A stretch of DNA of 63,834 bases, the filler included, from an uncultured Gemmatimonadota bacterium (GTDB lineage Bacteria > Blakebacterota > Blakebacteria > Blakebacterales > Blakebacteraceae): the NCBI GenBank assembly GCA_964576115.1. It is 4 parts of 4 records of this genome, joined end to end, with 100 filler letters (N's around TTAATTAATTAA, not from the genome) between each part and the next. Parts side by side here need not be neighbours in the genome. Positions count along the whole stretch, not along the records: positions 18,543 to 36,926 come from CAZNUA010000060.1; positions 37,027 to 54,965 come from CAZNUA010000061.1; 2 more parts are not named here. One strand, written 5' to 3'. Of the stretch, positions 28,716 through 38,713 are shown one piece after another. Within the stretch, counting starts at the first letter, position 1, and every line of letters begins with the position of its first letter. A program made the position numbers and the translations under genes. Below the pieces are notes generated by a model. The model saw nothing but the letters and a program-made list of their open reading frames with translations. It did not search any database and had not been told where the DNA came from.

Positions 28716-28815
28716 CGTGTTCTCCCTCTCCCGGTTACCGGCCGCCGCCGGTGTCCCTGAGGATGAGAACCGGCGGTCGGCGGCCGAGAACGGCATCCGC
28801 CGGGCCCGCAGAGAC

Positions 28816-28846
28816 GAACAGGCGCCGGGTGACCCGGCGCCTGTTC
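28816..28846. terminator. Perfect 14-bp stem-loop downstream of the M14 pair
   Basis: GAACAGGCGCCGGG-TGA-CCCGGCGCCTGTTC; no clear U-tract. Confidence 0.5.
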
Positions 28847-28892
28847 AGTGTACGACCCCTCTCCCGGGCGGGAAACTGCGAACGGTGTACTG

Positions 28893-30812
28893 TCAGCCTC
28901 CCGTACGGATGTTGAGCCGCTTCGTGTGCGTTCCGCCGTGGAAGGAGGTGACCGTGAACTCCACCCAGCCGGAGTTCCCGGTCAGCTTCACCAGATAGCG
29001 GAAGGTCTGCGAGCCGTTCCCCTCGAGCCGGAAGGTGGGATTCTCCGACTCGGGCACCCGGCCGCCGGTCGTCCGGTTGTTCGGATCGAGGGTGACCATC
29101 CCCTCGGGGACCGGCACGCGCTCGATCGAACTCGAGCTGGCGAAGGTGAGCACGTCCTCGTCCACCCACCCCCGTTCCAGATCACGATCGGAGATGGTCG
29201 GGTAGGTCCGGTCGTTGGTGACCGTGACATCGACCCAGATCAGGTCGTTGGTGGCCGGGATCAGTTCGATCGACTCCACTTCGACTTTCGGGAACTGGCT
29301 CGCACAGTATAGCACGAAGTGACAGTTGCGCAACGCTTCGGACTCGATGTAGCGGGCCGGTGGGGTGCGACCGATGTGTTTGCGCATCGATCCGCCGATC
29401 CACACCTCACCCAGATCGGGATGGTCGACCTTGTGCGGCATGATCCACCCTTCACCGGTGAGTTCGATGTCGATCCAATCCATCCGTTCTTCCTGGCTCA
29501 CCCGGCCGTCGCCGTTGGCATCGGCGTCCATATGGGTACCCCAGAGTTCAATCAGGTAGCCGTAGGCGCCGGTCGACATGTAGGTGTTCGACTGGGCCTG
29601 CCCCGATCCCGGAGGACCGGCCATGGTTGGCCGGTAGTTCTTCAGGATCCGCGCCCCCATGGTTACGATTTCAGTCTGGACCGCCATGTCGTGCCGGTAC
29701 TCCGGCGCCACGGTACGATCGAAGTACTGCGCGTACTGGTTCTCCTCGCGCATCTGGGCCAGACGCTCTTCCGGAGTCAGACGCTGGTAGCCCCGCCCCG
29801 TACCGTAGGGACCGGTCCTCGCCGCTCCAGCTGCTCCAGCTGCACTTTCAACCGCCCACGGCACGCTGAACATGATCAGCCGGCCGGTATTGTGGTAATG
29901 GAAGCCGGCGAAGATGTTCTCGTGGGTGCGCTGGAACTCGAAGGCATTATGGGTTTCCGGTTCCGACATCGGGTAGGGCCAGCCTGCCTGCAGGTTCCAC
30001 CCGTACGGGTAGTTCCGGTTGGGGTCGGGACCGCCGATGTCGTCCTCGTTGATTCGGCCGTCACCATCGTTGTCGTAGCCCTCGCTGCCGATCCGGCGGA
30101 ACCGCTGGACCTGCTCGCGCGGGTCGGTAACCTGGATGAACTGGCGGCCGTCCTCGGAGAGCTTGTACTGCCCCTCGGGATCCTCGACGTACATCGACGA
30201 GAGCTCGCCGTCACCGTCCACATCCTCGGTCTGATCCTCGTCATAGAGACCGTCGCCGTCGTTGTCCTCGGGCCGGTAGGGCTCTCGAGGATTATTCTCG
30301 GTGTTCGGCCACATGACATAGGAATCGTTGGCATCCACGTTGAGGCCGGGGAGGATGTAGAAGGTGGTGGTGTTGAGCATGTTGAAGATGTAGGGATCGT
30401 AGTCATACCGGGTCAGCAGGTACCATGCCAGGTAGAGGGAACAGGTGATCCCGTTGACCTCGTTGCCGTGCACGGCCCCATCGACCCACATCGCGGTCTT
30501 GGTGTCGTGGGCTCCGGTCGACTTGGCCGTGATGGTCAGCAGGAACTGGTCCCGCCCCATCCGACTCTTTCCGATACTCTCGATATCAGCCAGCTGGGGG
30601 TAGGCCTCCTGCAGATCGTGCATGATCTGCGTCCACTCATCATAGCCATAGTAACGCTTCCAGCTGATCGGGAAGTCGAGTTCACCGTGGTACCGGCCGG
30701 GATTGAGCTGCAGGTTTTCCTGGGCAGATGCCGGCCCGCTCACACTCGCCGTCAGGAGCACAGCGAGAAGCAGGACCGGTACGATCGTTCCGATTCTGAT
30801 CATTCTTCTCAT
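28893..30812 (-). CDS. Secreted M14 zinc carboxypeptidase with DxDxDG repeats
   Basis: HGNE, DPNRNY, HYH, LIELW; repeats DNDGDG, DVDGDG, DANGDG. Confidence 0.9.
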   Translation of the reverse strand: MRRMIRIGTIVPVLLLAVLLTASVSGPASAQENLQLNPGRYHGELDFPISWKRYYGYDEWTQIMHDLQEAYPQLADIESIGKSRMGRDQFLLTITAKSTGAHDTKTAMWVDGAVHGNEVNGITCSLYLAWYLLTRYDYDPYIFNMLNTTTFYILPGLNVDANDSYVMWPNTENNPREPYRPEDNDGDGLYDEDQTEDVDGDGELSSMYVEDPEGQYKLSEDGRQFIQVTDPREQVQRFRRIGSEGYDNDGDGRINEDDIGGPDPNRNYPYGWNLQAGWPYPMSEPETHNAFEFQRTHENIFAGFHYHNTGRLIMFSVPWAVESAAGAAGAARTGPYGTGRGYQRLTPEERLAQMREENQYAQYFDRTVAPEYRHDMAVQTEIVTMGARILKNYRPTMAGPPGSGQAQSNTYMSTGAYGYLIELWGTHMDADANGDGRVSQEERMDWIDIELTGEGWIMPHKVDHPDLGEVWIGGSMRKHIGRTPPARYIESEALRNCHFVLYCASQFPKVEVESIELIPATNDLIWVDVTVTNDRTYPTISDRDLERGWVDEDVLTFASSSSIERVPVPEGMVTLDPNNRTTGGRVPESENPTFRLEGNGSQTFRYLVKLTGNSGWVEFTVTSFHGGTHTKRLNIRTGG

Positions 30813-30829
30813 GATCGTCTCCTTTCAGC

Positions 30830-33085
30830 TTAGCGGATCGGGACGTCCCGGACCTGGGTTCCGCCCTTCTGCGAGGTCACGATGACCTTCAGGGGCACGT
30901 TTCCTTCGATCGCAACGAGCCACTCGACCTCGCGCACGTTCCCCGCTGCAGCAGGTTCGTCGGACATACCCATCGACTGCATGAACTGCTGCAGCATTTC
31001 CGGCGGAATACCGGGCGGCAGGTTGGCCATCATCTGGGCCCGCTCCGCACCTCCAGCGCCGGCACCGCCCGCCGAGGGGAATCCGGGTATGGCCAGGGCA
31101 CCGTCGATCGTCCCCAGCCGTTGCCAGACGCCACCCTGCAGGTAGGTCGTCCGATCGCGGTCGCCCAGCAACCAGACGGCATCCTGACGATTCCCGGCCA
31201 GGCGGGCGCCCTCGGCGATGTGGGTGGCCAGCTGACCCTGGTTCTCGATGGTGGCCTTGACCAGGACCACCTTGACGCCGCCCATCCGCTCGCCGCGACG
31301 GATCGTAGCGGTGTCACCCGAGTAGGTGACTTCACCGGCCGAGGCACTACCGGTCTCGTAGAGGACTTCGGCCGAGACATCGGTGATGACCACCCGGGGC
31401 AGCAGGGTCGCCTTCCACAACTCGAACTGCCAGTGCACGTCGCACACATGACGCAGAGCCTCGCCGGGGAAGGCGTTGTTCGAGGCGCTGTAGGGTGCGA
31501 TCCAACCGCCCAGTTCACCCTGCCCGAGGTCAGGGTGGCGGTAGCGCGTCCATGGCATGAAGAAACGGCCGCCGAAGTTATCATCCTGGTACTGCAGTAT
31601 CCACCGCTCCTGGTCGATTCGGGCATCGGCGGTGTTGAACTCGGGCATTCCGGGGAAGTCGACCGAGCGGTTCCACAGTTCGGTCGTCATCGAGTAGGCC
31701 CCATACTGGCCGTAGGCCCAGTCGATGAAGATCCCGTAACCATAGGGCCGGTCGGAGCTGTCGTTGTAGGGGTGCCGCCACTGCCGCGGCATCTCGTAGG
31801 CACTGCTGCCCACGCTCACGCCCCGCGCTCCCGCCTGGCGCGCACCGGCCTGTTGCCGGGCCGGAAACTGACCCGTCGGCCGGGTTGGAACCTGGCCGGT
31901 CGGTCGAGCCGGTGCCTGACCGGTCGTGCGGCGGGCTCCGACGGCTCGCTGTCCCGCACCTGCCCCGGCCCCGCCCGCGGCCTCGACATCCCACTCCTCG
32001 GGGTATTCAACGCCGAGCAGCTGGCAGTATTTCTTGCCCATGATCAGATCGTAGACAGCCAGATCCTTGTTCGCGATCCGGCTGTCTGGCCAGCGTGCGA
32101 AGGGGCGGTAGGTAAAACCGCCCGAGGTGTGGAAGGACTGGGCGTGCAGGATGTTGGTGTGGTTGGTGAAGAACTCGAGGATCGCCCGCGACTCCGGCGC
32201 CGAGGCGGCGTAGTAACCGCTGCCTCTCTGCTCGTTGTCGTCGCCATACCAGCCCTCGGGGAAGTTGCGGTTCACATCGATGCCGCGCTCGCCATCCTCG
32301 CCCCGCCGGCCGTCGCCGTCATTGTCGCGGTCCTCGCGGATCACGCTGTAGCGCTGTTTCGTCGTTTCCTCATTCCGACCCAGCCGGACCATGAGCCGCG
32401 GGTCTTCATCGTCGATGACGTACTGGCCTTCGGGATCGGGGTAGCGGAAGCTGGTCAGCTTCCCGTCGCCGTTCAGGTCGTCGGGGCCGTCTTCGTTGAT
32501 CGCTCCGTCGTCATCATCGTCGATCATCATCGAATTCTGCCGCTGCGGGATCCCTACCTCGACCGAATTGTAAACCCCGTCGGGGTTGACGATCGGACAG
32601 ATGTAGAACACACAGTTGTCGATCAGATCGGTGATCTGGGAATCGGAGCCGTAGCCGGTCACGAGCTTGTCGATGATGTAGAGGCACACTTCGGTGCCGG
32701 TGTACTCGTTACCGTGGGTGCCGCCGTCGATCCACTGACCCGGCTTGCCCTGGTACGGCTTCATCGGCGTGACGTTCTGTACGTTCTCACGCCGCATGTT
32801 GCGCAACTCGACATGGGCATCGATGGTCGTGCCGGTCTCCATGTTCGATATCACGAGCACGGAGATCTTCCGCCCCATGTTGCTCTCACCGATCTCGATC
32901 AGTTCGGTGATACCCCGGTAGGCGCGGGCTATCTGCTGCAGATACTCCTGCGTACCCGTGTACCCATGGTAGTCGTCGAAGGAGATCGGCACGCGCTGCG
33001 CACCGGCATCGGGTGCGATCCCCCCCGAGAGGAGGAACGCGAGCAGGATCGCGCCCCATCCTCTCCTGACAGGTCTGCTCATCAT
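30830..33085 (-). CDS. Secreted M14 zinc carboxypeptidase, paralog of the downstream gene
   Basis: HGNE, NPDG, RQN, DVNRNF, SFHT, TTELW; DxDxDG repeats. Confidence 0.9.
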   Translation of the reverse strand: MMSRPVRRGWGAILLAFLLSGGIAPDAGAQRVPISFDDYHGYTGTQEYLQQIARAYRGITELIEIGESNMGRKISVLVISNMETGTTIDAHVELRNMRRENVQNVTPMKPYQGKPGQWIDGGTHGNEYTGTEVCLYIIDKLVTGYGSDSQITDLIDNCVFYICPIVNPDGVYNSVEVGIPQRQNSMMIDDDDDGAINEDGPDDLNGDGKLTSFRYPDPEGQYVIDDEDPRLMVRLGRNEETTKQRYSVIREDRDNDGDGRRGEDGERGIDVNRNFPEGWYGDDNEQRGSGYYAASAPESRAILEFFTNHTNILHAQSFHTSGGFTYRPFARWPDSRIANKDLAVYDLIMGKKYCQLLGVEYPEEWDVEAAGGAGAGAGQRAVGARRTTGQAPARPTGQVPTRPTGQFPARQQAGARQAGARGVSVGSSAYEMPRQWRHPYNDSSDRPYGYGIFIDWAYGQYGAYSMTTELWNRSVDFPGMPEFNTADARIDQERWILQYQDDNFGGRFFMPWTRYRHPDLGQGELGGWIAPYSASNNAFPGEALRHVCDVHWQFELWKATLLPRVVITDVSAEVLYETGSASAGEVTYSGDTATIRRGERMGGVKVVLVKATIENQGQLATHIAEGARLAGNRQDAVWLLGDRDRTTYLQGGVWQRLGTIDGALAIPGFPSAGGAGAGGAERAQMMANLPPGIPPEMLQQFMQSMGMSDEPAAAGNVREVEWLVAIEGNVPLKVIVTSQKGGTQVRDVPIR

Positions 33086-33231
33086 CGTTCCGTCCTTTGT
33101 TCAGTGGGTGTGCGTGTGGGATGTTCTTTTTACAACCAACCTTCGTTTTACATCAAAGGAATCGTTGTGTCACCGGCCGGATTCCAAAACAGACAGTCGG
33201 CGCCCATGACATGACTCAGGACCAGAACCGG

Positions 33232-34173
33232 TTAACGGAGGATCCGCACCCTGTCTCTGATGATCTCGAGGGCTCGAACCGATCCCCCGTAATGGCGAGA
33301 CATCCCCGTGTCGATGCACCAGACCCGGGCATCGCAGTAGGCAGCGATGCCCCCCTCCTGGACGGTGTGCCCCACAATCATCCGTTTGACGTCGAGCCGG
33401 TTCAGAACCTCGTCGAGAAGGGCGGCATCTTCTGCATTCGGTTCTGAAGAGTAATGCCGGGACCACACCGGGCTGCTATCTCCCCGGATCCACTCGGGAT
33501 AGGGTCCATCTCCCCGAAGCCAGGACCGGATCGCTTCGTTCATCCTCTCCAGACCCCGGTCGACCTGCGCGGGGAGGATCCCCCCGTGCACGAACAGGTT
33601 CTCTCCGATGATCACAGCCGTATTGCGCCGGGCCAGCCTCAAAGCGACCGGTCCGCCCGGGCGGAAAGCGGCGACCCGGGACCGCTCCGAGGGCTCGAAG
33701 GTCAGCAGAAGAGAGTCGGGTTCGGTGACGGGAAAAGCTTCCTGGAAGTCGGCGAAGCCCTCCTCGGTGACATAGCGCAGGTCGAGATATGCGTTCATCA
33801 GTTCATGGTTGCCGTTGAGCACATGGACTGCGCCGCCGACCTGTTCGGCCTCAGCTACCAACCGTTCCAGCAAATCCAGTATCTCCAGCTCGTCCCCGCC
33901 CCGGTCGAGCTGATCGCCGGTCTGCACTACGACGAGCTTCCCGCCGATCCAGTGATCCTCCTCATCGATGGCACCGGCCAGCTGCAGCACCCGTCGGGTG
34001 GCCTCCAGATCGCCGTGCAGGTCGCCGATGGCCACAATTCGATCAGCGGCCGGGAACCGGGTGGGTAGAGGTTCCACCTCTTCCCGGCCCGGGCCGGTAC
34101 AGGCTGCCCACAGCAGGCAGAGACAGAGAGCGGGAAGGAGCCTTCGCACCACACTGGATCCCGGAGAGTCCAT
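33232..34173 (-). CDS. Shewanella-like PPP-family metallophosphatase, probable lipoprotein
   Basis: GDLHG, GDQLDRG, GNHE, FVHGG, VGHT, IDTGMS. Confidence 0.9.
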   Translation of the reverse strand: MDSPGSSVVRRLLPALCLCLLWAACTGPGREEVEPLPTRFPAADRIVAIGDLHGDLEATRRVLQLAGAIDEEDHWIGGKLVVVQTGDQLDRGGDELEILDLLERLVAEAEQVGGAVHVLNGNHELMNAYLDLRYVTEEGFADFQEAFPVTEPDSLLLTFEPSERSRVAAFRPGGPVALRLARRNTAVIIGENLFVHGGILPAQVDRGLERMNEAIRSWLRGDGPYPEWIRGDSSPVWSRHYSSEPNAEDAALLDEVLNRLDVKRMIVGHTVQEGGIAAYCDARVWCIDTGMSRHYGGSVRALEIIRDRVRILR

Positions 34174-34365
34174 GATGACACCTTTGCCGTGCGGGATGAC
34201 CTGTCCGCGGCCCGGCGACCGTCGGGGGTCTCCCGGTGTACTCCCATCGTACCAGAGGTATTCTCATCATATCACACCTTCTGTGACTTTTTTGCATCAT
34301 CGCTTGACCTCATCACTCCTACCCCTCTTCGAACAGGCTCCGGGGAATTCTCGTAATCCATTTAT

Positions 34366-34442
34366 TAACAATACATTAGGAGATTTTAGGGGTTGGAATC
34401 TCCATGAGAATCTCCATCAGATCCTGATGGCACGTATTCTGC
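34366..34442 (+). promoter_or_regulatory. Putative sigma54 promoter with upstream IHF site
   Basis: TGGCAC-GTATT-CTGC (GG-N10-GC, 34428-34442); TAACAATACATTA (34366-34378) is one mismatch from WATCAANNNNTTR. Confidence 0.55.
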
Positions 34443-34583
34443 GTCGATCTTCGAACACGAGGTAACGATCATATCGAAATCATCTGGTGTGGGGTTCGGG
34501 ATTGCGGATAACCTGATCTGACCTGTTTCCACGTCCGATCCGGTCCCGAGAAGGGATGATCACGACGTAAAAGGGAGATTCAG

Positions 34584-36497
34584 ATGGCCGGGAAAACTCT
34601 TGTCGATCTGCTGGAGAGAAGCGCCGACACCTTCGCCGAGAACATCTATCTCCTCGAAAAGACAGGTGATGAGTACGAAGGCACCACCTACCGGGAGACA
34701 CGGGAGGCGGTGCACCGATTTGCGGCCGGGCTCCTGAGCCTGGGGCTGGCCAAGGGGGATCGGGTCGGTCTGATCTCCGAAGGGCGCAACCTATGGGTGA
34801 TCGCCGAGATGGGTATCCTCTACTGCGGGGCGATCAACGTTCCCATCTCGGTCAAGATCAACGAACTCTCCGATCTGACCTTCCGTCTGGCCCACTCGGG
34901 GTGCCGGATGGTCGTGGTCTCGGGCGGCCAGGCCCACAAGGTCCGCACCATCCGCAACGACCTGCCCGACCTGGAACTCATCATCCATCTCGACGAGCAG
35001 GAAACCTGCGCCGAGGACGAGATCTTCGCCGGCGACCTGATGGCGCGCGGCGAGGCCTGGCTGGCCTCCAACGCCGACGAATTCGAGCGGATCTACACCA
35101 GTGTGGAGGAAAACGACCCGGCCAACATCTGCTACACCTCCGGAACCACCGCCGATCCCAAGGGCATCATCCTGACCCACCGCAACTACACCGCCAATGT
35201 CGAGCAGGGAGCGACCGTGCTCAAGGTGACCCCCGACTGGTCCTCGCTGATCATCCTGCCCTGGGACCACAGCTTCGGCCATACCGTGGGGATCTACATC
35301 CTGATGCACTTCGGGGCCAGACTGGCCTCGATCCAGACCGGCAAAACCCCCATGGAAACACTCAAGAACATTCCCGAGAACATCAAGGAGGTCCGGCCAA
35401 CCTTCCTGCTGAGTGTGCCCGCCCTGGCGGCCAATTTCCGCAAGAACATCGAGAAGGGGGTGCGCGCCTCCGGCCCCGTGGCCGAACGGCTCTTCTCGAT
35501 GGCGATGAAAAACGCCTATGCGCTGAACGCCGAAGGCTTCAACCGCGGCCGGGGGCTGCGCACACTGCGCTACCCCCTGCACTGGCTCTTCGACAAGCTT
35601 CTCTTTGCCAAGATCAGGACCCAGTTCGGGGGCCGGCTGCAGATGCTCTTCGGCGGCGGGGCCCTGCTCGACATCGAGATGCAGCGATTCTTTTACGCCC
35701 TGGGGATGCCGATGTACCAGGGCTACGGTCTGACCGAATCGGCTCCGATCATCTCGTGCAACATGCCGCGCCGGCACAAGCTCGGCTCTTCCGGCCCTAT
35801 TCTGGAAGGGGTCGAGTGCCGGATCTGCGATGAAGAGGGCAACGAGGTGCCGACCGGCGAGAAGGGCGAGATCGTGGCCCGGGGCGAAAACATCATGGCC
35901 GGCTACTGGCGCAATGAGGAAGCCACCCGGCAGACCCTGCGCGACGGCTGGCTGCACACCGGCGACATCGGCTACTTCGATGAAGAGGGCTTCCTCTACG
36001 TCCTGGGCCGCGAGAAGAGCCTGCTGATCGCCAACGACGGCGAGAAATACAGCCCCGAAGGCATCGAAGAGGCCTTCTGTTCGGGTTCCGAGTACATCGA
36101 CCAGGTCATGCTGCACAACAGCCAGGATCCCTACACCGTGGCCCTGATCGTGCCGGCCTGCGAGCGGCTCGGGGCCTGGCTGAAGGCTGAAGGTCACTCG
36201 CCTTCATCTGACCAGGGACAGCAGGCGGCGATCGATCTGATCCGGGACGAGATCGATGCTTACCGTGAGGGGGGCGAGCACGCCGGTATCTTTCCGCCGC
36301 AGTGGCTTCCCGCTACCTTCGCGCTGCTCGACGAGCCCTTCACCGAAGAGAATGGTCTGCTGAACTCGACCATGAAGATGGTGCGCGGCAAGGTCAACGA
36401 GTATCATGGCGACCGGCTCGCTGAGCTGTACACCACTGCGGGCAAGGACATACACAACGAGCGCAACCGGGCCGTTGTCGCCGGCCTGGGTGTTTGA
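34584..36497 (+). CDS. Long-chain acyl-CoA synthetase (AMP-binding, FadD15/Aas-like)
   Basis: YTSGTTADPKG, YQGYGLTE, TGDIG, GREK, MKMVR. Confidence 0.93.
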   Translation: MAGKTLVDLLERSADTFAENIYLLEKTGDEYEGTTYRETREAVHRFAAGLLSLGLAKGDRVGLISEGRNLWVIAEMGILYCGAINVPISVKINELSDLTFRLAHSGCRMVVVSGGQAHKVRTIRNDLPDLELIIHLDEQETCAEDEIFAGDLMARGEAWLASNADEFERIYTSVEENDPANICYTSGTTADPKGIILTHRNYTANVEQGATVLKVTPDWSSLIILPWDHSFGHTVGIYILMHFGARLASIQTGKTPMETLKNIPENIKEVRPTFLLSVPALAANFRKNIEKGVRASGPVAERLFSMAMKNAYALNAEGFNRGRGLRTLRYPLHWLFDKLLFAKIRTQFGGRLQMLFGGGALLDIEMQRFFYALGMPMYQGYGLTESAPIISCNMPRRHKLGSSGPILEGVECRICDEEGNEVPTGEKGEIVARGENIMAGYWRNEEATRQTLRDGWLHTGDIGYFDEEGFLYVLGREKSLLIANDGEKYSPEGIEEAFCSGSEYIDQVMLHNSQDPYTVALIVPACERLGAWLKAEGHSPSSDQGQQAAIDLIRDEIDAYREGGEHAGIFPPQWLPATFALLDEPFTEENGLLNSTMKMVRGKVNEYHGDRLAELYTTAGKDIHNERNRAVVAGLGV

Positions 36498-36512
36498 CGG
36501 AAAGGTAAAGAT

Positions 36513-36911
36513 GTGATTTGCCCCGAGTGCGGCACCGAATACCGGGAAGGCTTCACGGTCTGCATCGACTGCCAGGTACCGCTCGTGACCGACGAGGAGT
36601 ACGCCCGCCTCAAGGGAGCCCGCGACGCCGAACGGGAACGCAACCGCACCATGAAGATGGTCAGCGTCTACAAGGCCCAGGGTTCGATGGAGGCCGACCT
36701 GATCCGCTCCATGCTCACCGCCCGCGGCATCGAGAGCTTCACCGCCGGCTGGGCCGCATCAAGCGTGCATCCCTTCACCATGGACGGCATGGGCGAGATC
36801 CGGATCATGGTGCGCGAAGACGATTCGGAAGAGGCCCGCCGCCTGATCGCCGAGGACGAGACCGCCGAGAACGCTCGTCTGATCGAAGAAGATGGCCCGG
36901 GCGAGCCGTAA
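36513..36911 (+). CDS. Zn-ribbon + DUF2007-like putative signal transducing protein
   Basis: CPECGTEYREGFTVCIDC; EADLIRSMLTARGIES; IRIMV. Confidence 0.8.
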   Translation: MICPECGTEYREGFTVCIDCQVPLVTDEEYARLKGARDAERERNRTMKMVSVYKAQGSMEADLIRSMLTARGIESFTAGWAASSVHPFTMDGMGEIRIMVREDDSEEARRLIAEDETAENARLIEEDGPGEP

Positions 36912-36926
36912 GGGACCGGAACATGA

Positions 36927-37026
36927 NNNNNNNNNNNNNNNNNNNNNNNNNNNNNNNNNNNNNNNNNNNNTTAATTAATTAANNNNNNNNNNNNNNNNNN
37001 NNNNNNNNNNNNNNNNNNNNNNNNNN
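36927..37026. other. Artificial contig linker
   Basis: N44-TTAATTAATTAA-N44. Confidence 0.98.
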
Positions 37027-37779
37027 ACCTTCCGGTTCTTCATCGACTACTACATTTTCTGGGTCATCGTGGCCGTGGCCCACACCTTCGAGTATTACCG
37101 TCTCTACGTGGAGAAGGAGCGCACCGCCCGGCGTCTGGAGTCGCGCCACGAAGCCCTGCAGCGCCAGCTGGCTGAATCGCGTCTGCAGTTCCTGCGGGCC
37201 CAGATCAATCCCCATTTCCTCTTCAACACCCTCAACGCCGTGACGACTCAAATCCGCAAGCAGGAGAACGAGGCCGCCATCGCCCTGCTCACCGGTTTGA
37301 GCGATCTGCTCCGCTACGCCCTCGATTCTGAAGGACGGGCCCTGATTCCCCTGGGGGAGGAACTGGAGTTCATCGAGAAGTTCCTGCACATCCAGACCAC
37401 CCGCTTCCCGCGCACCCTCGAGTACGAGATCGATGTGTCCGAGGCGGCCCGGGAGGTGCCGGTCCCCGGTCTCATCCTGCAGCCCCTGGTCGAGAACGCC
37501 CTGGAGTACGGTGCAGCCGGCGGGCGCACCCCCTGCCGGATCACCATCAGAGGCCGGATCAGGGGGGGCTCGCTCGGCCTGGATATCGACAACACCATCC
37601 CTCCCGAAAGCTCCGGGAAAGAGGGCCGGGGGATCGGGCTGACCAATACGCGCGCCCGGCTCGAACTCGTCTACGGCGACGATTTCCGGTTCCGGGCCGA
37701 ACGTCTGTCGGGCGATCTCTTCCGGGCCCGTCTGCTGCTGCCCCGCACGGCTCCTGAGAACGGAGGCGGGGATGATTGA
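37027..37779 (+). CDS. LytS/YehU-type sensor histidine kinase (5' partial)
   Basis: LRAQINPHFLFNTLN, LQPLVENA, GIGLTN; frame open from the contig edge. Confidence 0.92.
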   Translation, partial: TFRFFIDYYIFWVIVAVAHTFEYYRLYVEKERTARRLESRHEALQRQLAESRLQFLRAQINPHFLFNTLNAVTTQIRKQENEAAIALLTGLSDLLRYALDSEGRALIPLGEELEFIEKFLHIQTTRFPRTLEYEIDVSEAAREVPVPGLILQPLVENALEYGAAGGRTPCRITIRGRIRGGSLGLDIDNTIPPESSGKEGRGIGLTNTRARLELVYGDDFRFRAERLSGDLFRARLLLPRTAPENGGGDD

Positions 37780-38620
37780 GCCGATCCGGGTCATGATCGT
37801 CGATGACGAACCTCTGGCGTGTGAGAATATCCGGTTGCTGCTGGCCGGCCATGACGGGCTCGAGGTCATCGGGGAATGCGAGAGCGGGGCCGAGGCGATC
37901 GCGGCTGTCACCCGAATGCGTCCCGATCTCCTCTTCCTGGATATTGAACTCGGCGACATGAACGGTTTCGATGTGCTGGAGAGGCTCGAGTCTCCCCCCC
38001 CACCGGTTGTGATCTTCATCACCGCTTATGACGAGTACGCCATTCGGGCCTTCGAGGTCAGCGCGGTCGACTATCTGCTCAAGCCCTGTGACGACGAGCG
38101 CTTTCGAACCGCTGTGGATCGGGCAGTGGCGCGGATCAGGGAGAACCGGCTGGGTGAATACAGCGACCGGCTGCTGGCCCTGTTGCAGGCTCTGGGGCGC
38201 GGGGGGACGGGGCAGGGAGAGGGGGCTGGTGCGGAGGAGGCCGCCGGGCGGACACCGGGTGCTGACGGAACGGGAGCATCGCAGCGGAGCTGGCCCGAGA
38301 AACTGGCGGTGCGCTCCACCGGCCGGGTGGAATTCGTACCCTGTGTCGAGATCGACTGGATCGGTGCAGCCGGCTCCTACGTCGAACTCCACACTCCGAC
38401 CCGGACCTACCTGATGCGCGAGACCATGACCGCGCTGGCCGAACGGCTCGATCCCGCATGCTTTGCCCGAATCCACCGCTCGGCGATCGTCAACATCAGC
38501 CGTATCCGCGAACTCAAGCCTCACCGCCGGGGCGAGTACCACGTCATTCTGCGCGACGGCACCGGCCTGAAACTCTCCCGCACCTACCGCGACCGGCTCG
38601 ACACTTTGCTGGGCCAGTAG
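37772..38620 (+). CDS. LytTR family response regulator
   Basis: VDDEP, FLDI, TAYDEYA, YLLKP; FARIHRSAIVN. Confidence 0.95.
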   Translation: MIEPIRVMIVDDEPLACENIRLLLAGHDGLEVIGECESGAEAIAAVTRMRPDLLFLDIELGDMNGFDVLERLESPPPPVVIFITAYDEYAIRAFEVSAVDYLLKPCDDERFRTAVDRAVARIRENRLGEYSDRLLALLQALGRGGTGQGEGAGAEEAAGRTPGADGTGASQRSWPEKLAVRSTGRVEFVPCVEIDWIGAAGSYVELHTPTRTYLMRETMTALAERLDPACFARIHRSAIVNISRIRELKPHRRGEYHVILRDGTGLKLSRTYRDRLDTLLGQ

Positions 38621-38713
38621 CATCCGCTACGGGAAAGACGTCTGGCCCCCGGACTCGGGCCGCTGATATCCTCGCCTGTGTCACCTTTGAGTTCTTCGCC
38701 TGCAGGAGGTCGT

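Noticed and set aside
19322-33214. Long antisense ORFs (19322-21454, 24305-25705, 25468-27393, 29319-30833, 31121-33214; likewise 40841-42868, 52375-54045)
   Set aside because: Shadow frames of well-supported opposite-strand genes in high-GC DNA, with no recognisable motifs.
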